From: Chiloscyllium plagiosum
Lineage: Eukaryota
Reading direction: 5' to 3'
Assembly: GCF_004010195.1 (NCBI RefSeq)
Contig: NC_057719.1
Span: 14,551,760-14,601,859, forward strand
DNA: 50,100 nucleotides
Part shown: one piece after another, positions 33,746-44,055 of the stretch
Layout of the letters: each line of letters starts with the position of its first letter
How positions within the stretch are numbered: position 1 is the first letter of the stretch
Notes under the pieces: generated by a model
Database searches by the model: none
What the model saw: the letters and a program-made list of their open reading frames with translations, nothing else
Told to the model about the DNA's origin: nothing
Position numbers and translations under genes: made by a program

Positions 33746-34979
33746 TCCTGAATAAAGTGGCCAGTAAACATTCCTCTCCTGGATACATCACAGTGTCTGT
33801 AGTTCACCCTCCAACCTATAAACTCTGAACTGAAGCTGATCAAGCTATGGCAGATATGTTTACCCTGGATCACCTGGGCATCCAGGAACTCCCACTTGTT
33901 CTTTATTCACTTGTGGGATTTGAGCAATGCTGACTTGGCCAGCATTTATTGCCTTGTCCCTAGTTGCTCTTGGGAAATGGTGGTGCCTTCTTGAACTGCT
34001 CCTGTCCACATGCTATAGGTAGACCCACAATGCTACTCGGGAGGGAATACCAGGGACATCCTGCAAATACATCTCCCAATTTCATTGTGCTTGAATTAAG
34101 TAATGTATTTAGTATTTGGTTAATTAACTTTTAAATAAATTAATATCCCTTCTCGCCACGACTCACTGTACTAATTAATATCTTAGAATTCAATAAATTT
34201 TACCACTTAAGAATTATATAAATAATGGAAACATTAGATTCTTACTTCCCTTTTGCAATAGGCTTGAGGTTTCCATGATGCTGCTAATTGCCTGTCTTGG
34301 GGTCCACTGATTGCTGTTCTATTTTGAATTCCCATTTGAATGCTTCGATTGAATTTGTTCCCACCATAGGCTCAAGCAGTGCACTGTTGACCTTGACCAC
34401 ACACTGCATGATAAAAGATTTCCCTCATGCTGATTTTGTTTCTTTTGCCAAATAATATAAATCTATGCCCTCTCATTTACAAGCGTGGGCAGTTTTTCCT
34501 TATCTATTCTCTGTCCATCATTGTGAATGCCTCCATCCAACCTCATCTCAGGCCTCTCTTTGTCAAGGAAGCTCCTCATGCCCGGGAATGTGTTAATAGA
34601 TTCTGATTCAATCTACCTGCACTCATTAATTATTTGTTTCATTTATCCAGACTGCATTGGAGTGGAGCATCCCACTGCATACACTGCTCTTCACAAATAT
34701 TCACAGAACTTTAGATAATTTTGTCCATACTATTGCTGGAAATACAATTTAATACAATGAAGGCAAGAAAAGGCTTCTTGGATGTTGATGAACAATTGAA
34801 CACACATTCCGTGAACAAATGAATGTAAAGGTTTGGAAAATAAACAAAGGATGAGAAGATTGAAGTGGACAAGATGAATTAATTATGTCAATGCTGGAAC
34901 GGAGTAGGAAATATTAGATTAAGAAAAGAAGTTTATTTACTTTTAATTTTAAATCTGATTTTAAATTTTAAATACTTTT

Positions 34980-35105
34980 TTTTCAGCAAAGGTATTAAGG
35001 GACAAATGCAGATATATAGAGTTCGGTCACTAAACAACCATGATCTCATTGAACAGTGGAACAGGATTGTGGTTTGAATGGCCTACTCCTGTTCTTCTGT
35101 TTCTG
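34980..35105 (+). mobile_element. CR1 3' end
   Basis: AGCAAAGGTATTAAGGG..CCATGATCTCATTGAA..GAATGGCCTACTCCTGTTC. Confidence 0.75.
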
Positions 35106-36013
35106 TGTAAACAGGACGTTTCTTTAAAGACTGACAAATGTTAGATCTCCAACTTAAAATAACAGCTCTCCACCACCTTCATGACGTCAACTAGAGATAG
35201 GCATTAAATGCTGGCCAGCCAGCGAAGCCCGCATCCCACAAATGAAATAAAATAAAAAGTACATAAGTCCATGCAAGTCACATTTCCAATTGTACACTTT
35301 CCTGGTAAGGTTAACAAGGAATGCCAGGAGAGAATACTTACACTGTTAATTATGGATGTACTTCAAATTCTGCATAAAACCTACTTCTTCCACCGTACCT
35401 TTGATCATGCAGCTTAAAGTCTCCTCTCAGAGCTTGCTGTCAGCTCTGTAAAGCATCTTGGAATATTTCACTTTATTTAAAGGGACTATTATTATCAATA
35501 AAAGTTTTTTTGATTAAAGTTTTGCAGCATGTTAGTGGGCAATTAATCTGCAAATGCTGAAACCTCATGAAAATTACGGAGACATTAAGGGTGAGATGCA
35601 GTTTTCGCAAAACTCGTGCTGAAATGTTGCAAATCATCCGACAAATTGGGGCAATTTGCAATTGACAGGGTGTATCTTTTTCACCATTGGCTCATTTGCA
35701 TGCACAGTTCATACACCATTATTTTTTCTCAGCAAATTCTGGCAATTATTTTGACAAGAGTCAGAGAGTGATAGAAATGTACAACACAGAAACAGACCCT
35801 TCAGTCCAACTTGTCCAGCTCGACCAGATATCCTAATCTAATCTAGTCCCATTTGGACAATGTTCCCCTAAACCCTTCCTATTCATAAACCCATCCAGAT
35901 GCCTTTTAAATGCTGCAATTGTACCAGCCTCCACCAGTTCCTCTGGCAGCTCATTCCATACACGCACCACCCTCTGTGCTGTGGTTCTGTTCGCCGAGCT
36001 GGAAGTTTTTGTT

Positions 36014-36053
36014 GCAAACGTTTCGTCCCCTGGCTAGGCGACATCATCAGTGC
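36014..36053 (-). ncRNA. Hammerhead ribozyme motif, family E (left arm, minus strand)
   Basis: GCA-CTGATGA-T-GTCgCCT-agcc-AGGgGAC-GAAA-CGTT-TGC. Confidence 0.85.
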
Positions 36054-36275
36054 TTGGGAGCCTCCTGCGAAGCGCTTCTTTGATGTTTCCTCCGGTGTTT
36101 ATAGTGGTCTGTCCCTGCCGCTTCCGGTTGTCAGTTTCAGCTGTCTGCTGTAGTGGTTGGTATATATACTAACCACTACAGCGGACAGCTGAAACTGAAA
36201 ACCGGAAGTGGCAGGGACAGACCACTATAAACACCGGAGGAAACATCAAAGAAGCGCTTCGCAGGAGGCTCTCAA

Positions 36276-36315
36276 GCACTGATGATGTCGCCTAGCCAGA
36301 GGACGAAACGTTTGC
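36276..36315 (+). ncRNA. Hammerhead ribozyme motif, family E (right arm, plus strand)
   Basis: GCA-CTGATGA-T-GTCGCCTAGCCAGAGGAC-GAAA-CGTT-TGC. Confidence 0.85.
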
Positions 36316-39038
36316 AACAAAAACTTCCAGCTCGGCGAACAGAACCACAACAACGAGCACCCGAGCTACAAATCTTCGCACAAACTTTGACCACCCTCTG
36401 TGTCAAAAGGTTGCCCCTGAGGTCCCTTTTAAATTTTTCGCCTCTCACCCTCAACCTATGTCCTCTAGATCTGGACTCCCCCATCCCAGGGAAAACACCT
36501 TGTGTATTTATCCATGCCCTCATGAGATTATAAACCTCTATAAGGTGATCCCTCAGCCTCCAACTCTCCAGGGAAAACAGCCCCAACCTGTTCAGCCTCT
36601 CCCTGTAGCTCAAATCCTCCAACCCTGACAACATCCTTGTAAATCTTTTCTGAATCCTTTCAAGTTTCATAACACCTTTCCTATAAGAGGGAGACTAGAA
36701 TTGCACACAATATTCCAAAAGTGGCCTAACCAATGTCCTGTACAGCTGCAACATGACCACCCAACTCCTGTACTCAGTGCTCTGACCAATAAACGAAAGC
36801 ATACCAAACGCCTTCTTCACTATCCTATCTACCTGCAACTCCACTTTCAAGGGACTATGAACTTGCACTCTAAGGTCTCTTTATTCAGCGACACTCCCCA
36901 GGTGTATAAATCCATTAAGTGTATAAATCCTGCCCTGATTTGCCTTTTCAAAATGTAGCACTTCACATTTATCTAAATTAAACTCCATCTGCCACTCCTC
37001 AGCCCATTGGTTCATCTGATCAAGGTCCTGTTGTAATCTGAGGTAACCCTCTTCACTATCCACTACACCTTCAATTTTGATGTCATCTGCAAACTTACTA
37101 ATTATTACCTCCTATTATTCACAATCAAATCATTTATATAAATGACAAAAAACAGTGGTCTCTGCACTGATCCTTGTGGCACACCACTGGTCACAGGCCT
37201 CCAGTCTGAAAAAACAACCCTCCACCACCACCCTCTGTTTTCTACCTTGGAGCCAGTTCTGTATCCAAATGGTTACTAGTTCTCCCTGTATTCCATGAGA
37301 TCCAACCTTGCAAACAGTCTACCATGAGAAACCTGGTCGAATGCTTTACTGAAGTCCACATAGATCACATCCACCACTCTGCCCTCATCAATCCTCTTCA
37401 TTTGTTCTTCAAAAAAAACTCAAGCAGGTTAGTGAGACATGATTTCCCGTGCTCAAACCCATGTTGACTATCCTTAATCAGTCCTTGCCTTTCAAAATAT
37501 ATGTACATCCTGTCGCTCAGGATTCCTTCCAACAACCTGCCCATCACCAATATCTGGCTCACCGGTCTATAGTTCCCTGGCTTTTCCTTAACACCTTTCT
37601 AAAAAAGTGGCACCACATTAGCCAACCTTCAGTCTTCCTGCACCTCATCCATGACTATCGATGATACAAATATCTCAGCAAGGGGCCCAGCAATCACTTC
37701 CCTAGCTTCCCACAGAGTTCTAGGCTACACCTGATCTGATCCTGGGGATGTATCCACCTTTAAGATATCCAGCACCTCCTCCTCTGTAATATGGACATTT
37801 TTCAAGATGTCACCATCTATTTCCCTACATTCTATATCTTTCAAATCCTTCTCCACAGTAAACACTGATGCAAAATACTAATTTAGTATCTCCACCATCT
37901 CTTCTGGCTCCACACAGAGGCTGCCTTGCTGATCTTTGAGGGGCCTTTTCTCTCCCTAGATATCCTTTTGTCCTTAATGTATTTATATAATCCCTTTGGA
38001 CTCTCCTTAACCCTATTTGCCAAAGCCATTTCATGTCCCGTATTTGCCCTCCTGATTTTCCTCTTAAATGTACTCCTACTGCCTTCATACTCTTCTAAGG
38101 ATTCACTCAATCTCTGCTGTCTATACCTGGCATACGCTTCACATTTTTTTCTTAACCAAAACCTCAATTTCTCCAGTCATCCAGCATTCCCAACACCTAC
38201 CAGCCTTGCCCTTCACCCTAACAGGAATGTACTGTCTCTGGACTCTTGTTCTCTCATTTTTGGCTTCCCATTTTTTAGATGTCCCTTTACCTGCAAACAT
38301 CTGCCCCCAATCAACTTTGAAAGTTCTGGCCCAATACCCTCAATATTGATCCTCCTACAATTTACAACTTCAACTAAAGTATACACAGGGTATGGGTTTC
38401 ATGTAGGAGACGTACCAGCTTACAAACTGGTGAGAGTCCCATGTCAACTGTTTTTGTGAAGACCTGCCATATTACTGCCAATCACACAACTAAATGGGCA
38501 GTGATGGACCTTCTAAAGGATATAGGGACCCAGAGGCAAAGATCCCACCTGCTGATAGCTACCAGAAAAACCAAAGACTAGTTAATCATCATTGCTCAGC
38601 AGCACTACTGCAGAATGGTGGCCAATGCCGATAATATTCCCAGCTGAGACCAAGACTGCTGAAGGCTTTGGGCACAGGAGTACCACCAGAGGGTGGGGGT
38701 CATGGAGAACCTAGATGAGGTTTTGTTTCAATTCATTCAAAGGATGAGGGTGCCGCTAGCCAAGCCAGCATTTATTGTCCATCCCTAATTGCCCAGAGGC
38801 CAGTTAAGAATCAACCACATTGCTGTGGCTCTGGAGTCACGTGTCGGCCAGACCAAGTAAGGATGGCAGTTTTCACCCCTAAAGGGAACCAGATGGGTTT
38901 TTCAAATAATCGATAATGGATTCATGGTTATCATTAGACTCTTAATTCTAGATTTTGCTGAGTTCAAAGTACACCATTTGCCATGGTGGGATTCAAACTC
39001 ATTTCCCCAGATCATTACCTGGGTCTCTGGATTAACAG

Positions 39039-39198
39039 CTGAAAATGTGTTGCTGGAAAAGCNNNNNNNNNNNNNNNNNNNNNCTTATGCCCGAAACGTC
39101 GATTCTCCTGTTCCCTGGATGCTGCCTGACCTGCTGTGCTTTTCAAGCAACACATTTTCAGCTCTGATCTCCAGCATCTGCAGACCTCACTTTCTCCT
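39039..39198 (+). mobile_element. Fold-back PLE-terminus mini-element, family B, containing an assembly gap; 15-bp TSD
   Basis: The arms are AGCTGAAAATGTGTTGCTGGAAAAGC and GCTTTTCAAGCAACACATTTTCAGCT. The hammerhead 3' half is CTTATGCCCGAAACGTC, and there is a 35-nt tail. TSD: TCTCTGGATTAACAG and TCTTTGGATTAACAG. Confidence 0.88.
39063..39083. other. Assembly gap (21 N)
   Basis: Direct reading. Confidence 1.
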
Positions 39199-40439
39199 TC
39201 TTTGGATTAACAGTCTAGCGATAATGCCACTAGGCCAGTGACCAGGCACTGAGTGCCTCCGAAATGGGGAACCACCCCCTCGAAACTCAACAGTAAATCG
39301 ATGAAGATTTGCTATTCAGAATTCTTGTATGGTGCGTTTTTAACTGGGTAAATATTAGTGGTGATGGGAGAGCCCTTAAATAGACCAGAAATTGCATAAC
39401 TGGGGCAGAAGGAGGAAAGTGGATGGTGCTGAGCCTTCACTCTAATGCCTTATAAACTGCGGCCTGTCATCAAACTCCGCACAGCAGAGATTAAGTTTCA
39501 CCCAGAGTTAATATTTGTTTCCAACAAGTGCCTCTGAGAGGTGGAAGACTGCTGCTTTCAATCTGGTAATTTGCAACAGCAAGAACAGATATGTACAGAC
39601 TGAAAACTAGAACATCCACTCATGATCAGGTTAAAGGGTGCTGGCACATTGATCATTGGGACATAGCCAAGAGACAATGAGAAAGAATGAGAGGAATGGA
39701 AGGACAGCATGGAGTAGAGGCAAAGAAACAAAGAGAGAATGTGATAGTGTCCAAGGAAAGATGAAGGCAGACTGGGGGGAAAGTAATCTTCAAAGGTTAG
39801 GTTGATGAGGGAGAATGTAAATGTTAAAGTAAAAAGTATGGAAGCGAAGGAAATCTGTGAAACAACAGGCGGCTTTTTTTTTTTTAATATGAGCTCAAAA
39901 ATAATATATCATGTAATTGATAGCCACTTCCAATTGGAATGATAATTAAATAAGTTTGGTTGCAGGTTCTGAATGAATATGTTGAAGTATTTTATCGATA
40001 AGTTTTTTTAACACATCGATTTCTTATATTGGGCACGTTATGAATAGGGAATTATAAATTCCAGCTATTGAAAAAGAAATATTTTGGATGGTTCTGATTC
40101 AATTGGCTCCTCTACTTCTTGATAGGCTTTCCTGACTGATCATACAAGTTTAATTCTTTGCTCCTGTGTTTCTTTGAGCCAATTTGCAATTGGAAAAATA
40201 TGATGTATGGAGTGTGCTGCCAGAAATAAGTATGATACATCGAATTTGCAAGACTGTTAATACAGTGTTGATTTTATATATCGCCACATGTGGGTGTGTG
40301 TCACAGGTTTTAAGTCATAATTTGCGTGCCACATTTATACACATATATATTTCATACTTCACATCCGTGAACTGACAAATTACAACTGAATAAATAGGCC
40401 ACATACCGATCAAAAGATTACAACATTATGTAATCCTCA

Positions 40440-41275
40440 AACAGGATCAGACAGAATAGATACAGGAAGGATGTTCCCAATGACTGGAGAATCCAGAACC
40501 ATGGCTCAGAGTTGAAGGATATGGGTTAGACCTTTTAAGACTAACATGAAGAAAGTTTTCTTCACCTCGAGAGTGTGGTGAGCCTGTGGAATTCTCTGTA
40601 CAGAAAGTGGTTGAGGTCAAAACATTGAGGACTTTCAAGAAAGATGTAGGTATAGATATAAAATTATAGAGTCATTGGAATCCAAATGTCTTTCAAATGT
40701 TTTAACTGTACCACTATCTTCTGTAGCAGTTCATTCCACACACTAGCTGTGTAAAAAGGTTCTCCCTCATGTCATTTTTAAATCTTTCTCTTCTCACCTT
40801 AAAAATATTCCCCGTAGTTTTGAATTCCACCAAATTAGGGAAAAGACCTTTGTGATTCACTTTATCTCCACCCGTTATGATTTTATAACATTCTGTAAAG
40901 TTACTCGTCAACCTCCTACATGCCAGTGAGAAAAGTCCCAGCCTATACAGCCTCTCCATATAACTTTAACTCTCCATTCCCACAACATCCTGGTAAATCT
41001 TTTTTTAACCCTTTCCAGTTTAGTATATCCTTCCTGTAGCAGGGCAACCAGAACTATGTCCAGAAGAGGCCTCACCAACGTCCTGTACAACCTCAACATA
41101 ATGTCCCAATTCCTATATTCAGTTCTTTGGATTTAAGAGATCAAAGGGTATGAAGTGATAATGGGAACAGGACATTATGTTGGATGAGCCGTCATTATTA
41201 TATCGAATGGTAGAGGAAGCTCGAAGGGCTGAGTAGCCAACTCCTACTTCTATATTCTATATCACTATGTTTCTG
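40440..41275 (+). mobile_element. CR1 3' fragment, split by an opposite-strand CR1
   Basis: GGAAGGATGTTCCCAATG..GTGGTGAGCCTGTGGAATTC (40440-40660) resumes at 41125 with ATCAAAGGGTATG..GAAGGGCTGAGTAGCCAACTCCT. Confidence 0.8.
40665..41125 (-). mobile_element. CR1 3' fragment
   Basis: MLRLYRTLVRPLL..KLERVKKRFTRML. Confidence 0.88.
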
Positions 41276-41720
41276 TAGCAACACTGCCCTGCTTTTATAA
41301 TTCATACCCTCACCAGGAAGTATCAACATTTTGATTGTCTTTCTCATTACTTGCTGTACCTGCATACTCACTTTTAGCGATTCAGGTATTAGGATACACT
41401 GGTCCTTCTGAGACATAAAGTTTTGCAATCTCTCCCCATTCATATGACATACTGCTTTTTGATTTCTCCTGACAAAGTGGACAAGTTCACATTTCTGGTT
41501 CACATGTGAAATGACCTGCCAGAGGATGTTGTAGATGCAGGTACAGTTACAAAATTTGAAATACATTTGGACAGGTGCATGAATTGGAAAGGTTTAGAGT
41601 GGTATGGGCCAAATATAGGCAAATAGGGCTAGCTTAGTTTGGGAAACTTAGTTGGCATGGACTGGTTGGAGTGAAGGATCTGTTTCAGTGCTTTAGGACA
41701 CTATGACTCTGACTCTATCA
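41275..41720. mobile_element. CR1 RT fragment (minus, 41275-41495) abutting a CR1 3' end (plus, 41497-41720)
   Basis: Minus: KCELVHF..ESLKVSMQVQQV. Plus: GAAGGATCTGTTTCAGTGCT..CTATGACTCTGACTCTAT. Confidence 0.8.
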
Positions 41721-41939
41721 ATGATTTTCTAAAACAAATATAGCAATCAGCAAAAACAACCAATACATACCGAAGAAAAGGAAAACCTATGAACTTTTTA
41801 TTAAATCCTCAGCAAGGTGATAGAGATTGTTGTTAGGGAATTTTCATCACCTGAAATCAGCATCAACTACTGTCAGGTAAGTACAGTATTTGGAGAAGGA
41901 GACAGAGAATAAAAGTTGCTCAGTTCTGCCCTAACCATT

Positions 41940-42540
41940 TGCTTCCTAGTGACATGGCTGCAAGGACATCAGGGCTGGGAATTAAATATCCAAAGATGCA
42001 TGCCCTATTGAAAGAACAGGCAGATGGGCATGGGGGCAGGATTGCATTGTTAGTAATGAATTAAATTAAATTGATAGCCAGAAGTGATATCGAGTCTGTT
42101 TGGGTAGAGTGGAGGGGCTGCAAAGGATAAGGGAGGACAATAATGGGAGTTGTATACAGGCCTCCTAATCAGGATGTAGGGAAGAAAATAAAACAGGAGA
42201 CAGAAAACGGAACTAAGAAAGGCACTATTACAATAATCATGGTGGGGTCTTCAATATAGAAATGGACTAGGAAAATCAGGTTGATAGTGGATCTCCAAGA
42301 AAAGGAATTCACAGAATGTCTACGGGATTTATTTTTGGATCAGCTTGAGGTATAGCCAACAAAGGAACAGCTAATTCAGAATTTGATGGTGTGTAGTGAG
42401 GCAAACTTGACTAGGGAGCTTAAGGTGAAAGAACCCCTTGGGGCAGTGAACATAATATGACAGAATTTAACTTGCAGTTTGAGAGGAAGAAGTTGGAATC
42501 AGGTGTAACGCATTACAATTGAATAAAGAGAACTACACAG
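41940..42540 (+). mobile_element. CR1 APE-endonuclease region, decayed
   Basis: Remnants include TWLQGHQGWELNI, ESVWVE, MGVVYRPP, FTECLRD.FLDQ and ELKVKEPLG.SEHNMTEF. Confidence 0.85.
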
Positions 42541-42549
42541 CCTCACAGT

Positions 42550-43310
42550 AGGTGTACAGCCTTTTATAATTGAGATGATAAGGAATTCTTTCAGCCAGAG
42601 GGTGGTGAATCTTTGGAACTCATTGCCACAGACAGCTGTGAAGGCCAAGTCATTGAGTGTACTTAAGACAGAGATAGACAGATTATTGATTGTTAAGAGG
42701 TTTGAGGATTACAAGGAGGAGCCTGGAGAATGGGATTGAGAAATATATTAGAATTAGAATTAGATTTTTATTGTCTCATGTACTCAAACATAGAAGTACA
42801 TGAGTACAGTGGAAAGTGTACAATCCTGCCATTCCCTGCACAATCTTAGGTAAAAAGGTACCTAGGTATAAAATCTTAAGTACAAAGTATAACAATAAAG
42901 AAACATTAACATTACTGTCCCTCTTAGTACAAAATAGAAAAATAAAGAAGTAAAGTTAAAAGTTAAACATTAATGTCTTACTTTGTATTAAGTAGAAAAA
43001 TAAAGAATTAAAGTTAAAAGTTCAACAGTCTTTCTTATGTGCTTAGCCCTGCTGGGCTTGCACTCCCTACAAGTGCTCGATCTCCACCACTTTGGCCCCA
43101 TCTCCAGGAGACCTCGGGCTGCCTGCTCTCATCAGTGCAAATACCAGGCAGACCTCCCTCACCAATGTGTTGGGCTCACTCCTCTGATGTTGGAATCAAT
43201 CTCCGACTGTCAAAGTCCCAATCCAGGCATGATCGGCCATGATCAAATAGTGGAGTGGACTCAGTGGGCTGAATGGCCTAATTCTGCTCCTATAATCTAT
43301 TGGTCTTAGA
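42550..43310 (+). mobile_element. CR1 3' end, split by an unclassified minus-strand element (about 42748-43230) with an (ATTAGA)n end and internal imperfect repeats of about 55-60 bp
   Basis: GAGAATGGGATTGAGAAATATAT resumes as CGGCCATGATCAAATAGTGGAGTGGACTC..GGCCTAATTCTGCTCC. Confidence 0.7.
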
Positions 43311-43844
43311 ATAGAATCCCTACAATGGGATTTTGGAAACTGCACAATGTATTCCAGATATGACCCATCCAATGCCCATTTGGCCTATGTATAACTACAA
43401 TAAGACTTCTTTAAATGTTACACTCCAAAGCCTTTTTTGGTAGCATAAGCGTACACACCATTTGCCTTCCTGACTGTTTGCTGTACTTGCATGCAACTTT
43501 CTATGATTCTTGCTGAAATGCATCCAAGCTCATCTACGGAATTATTTCCTAAACTCTCACCATTCGGAAAAATACTCTGCAACAGTCCAAAGCTCATGCT
43601 CCATCGAATCATTGACCGTCATCACATCTCAAACATATACATTTGATAGCTTTTCATCAAATGTTTGTATGGGGCAAGGACACAACCATAAAAGATAGTC
43701 TTTTAAATTGATCTTCTTTCGAGTTCAGCTCCACTCTGCCCCAGTCAGATTTCCTGGTGTCAACCAGTGAGAGTTGTCAAGCTTGAGAAGCCGTGTTGAC
43801 CCAGTTATGTTGCACCTTTAACATTGCAAGCTTTTGACAACAAC

Positions 43845-44055
43845 ATAGAGTCATAGAGATACACAGCGTAGGAACAGGACCTTTGGTCCAACTTGTCCAC
43901 ACCAACCAGGCATCCTAAACTGAACTTGTCCCATTTGCCTGCATTCGGCAAATGATCCTCTAAAACTTTCCTGTCAAAATGTCTTTTAAATGTCATAATT
44001 GTACCTGCCTCTACCATTTACTGAGACAGCTCATTACATACACACACCACCAAGC
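43845..44055 (-). mobile_element. CR1 3' end
   Basis: CATAGAGTCATAGAGATACACAGCGTAGGAACAGG. Confidence 0.85.

Larger units (their letters stand above)
35979..36389 (+). mobile_element. Large fold-back PLE-terminus element, family E, with 185-bp arms and perfect 13-bp TSD
   Basis: 35980-36164 and 36165-36349 are near-perfect inverted repeats centred on TATATATA, followed by a tail of about 37-40 nt. TSD: ACCACCCTCTGTG at 35966-35978 and 36390-36402. Confidence 0.95.
35757..38370 (-). mobile_element. Long CR1 LINE fragment (post-endonuclease linker, RT, 3' end)
   Basis: KLERIQKRFTRMLSGLEDLSYRERL, LQQDLDQMNQWAEEWQMEFNLDKCEVLHF and GHEMALANRVKESPK; the 3' tail is near 35757. Confidence 0.95.
38730..39240 (-). 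mobile_element. Shark SINE, family 2, near full length, interrupted by a fold-back insert
   Basis: TTCATTCAAAGGATGAGGGTGCCGCTAGCCAAGCCAGCATTTATTGTCCATCCCTAATTGCCC..CTGGAGTCACGTG..GCCATGGTGGGATTCAAAC..AGTCTAGCGATAATGCCACTAGGCC. Confidence 0.9.
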
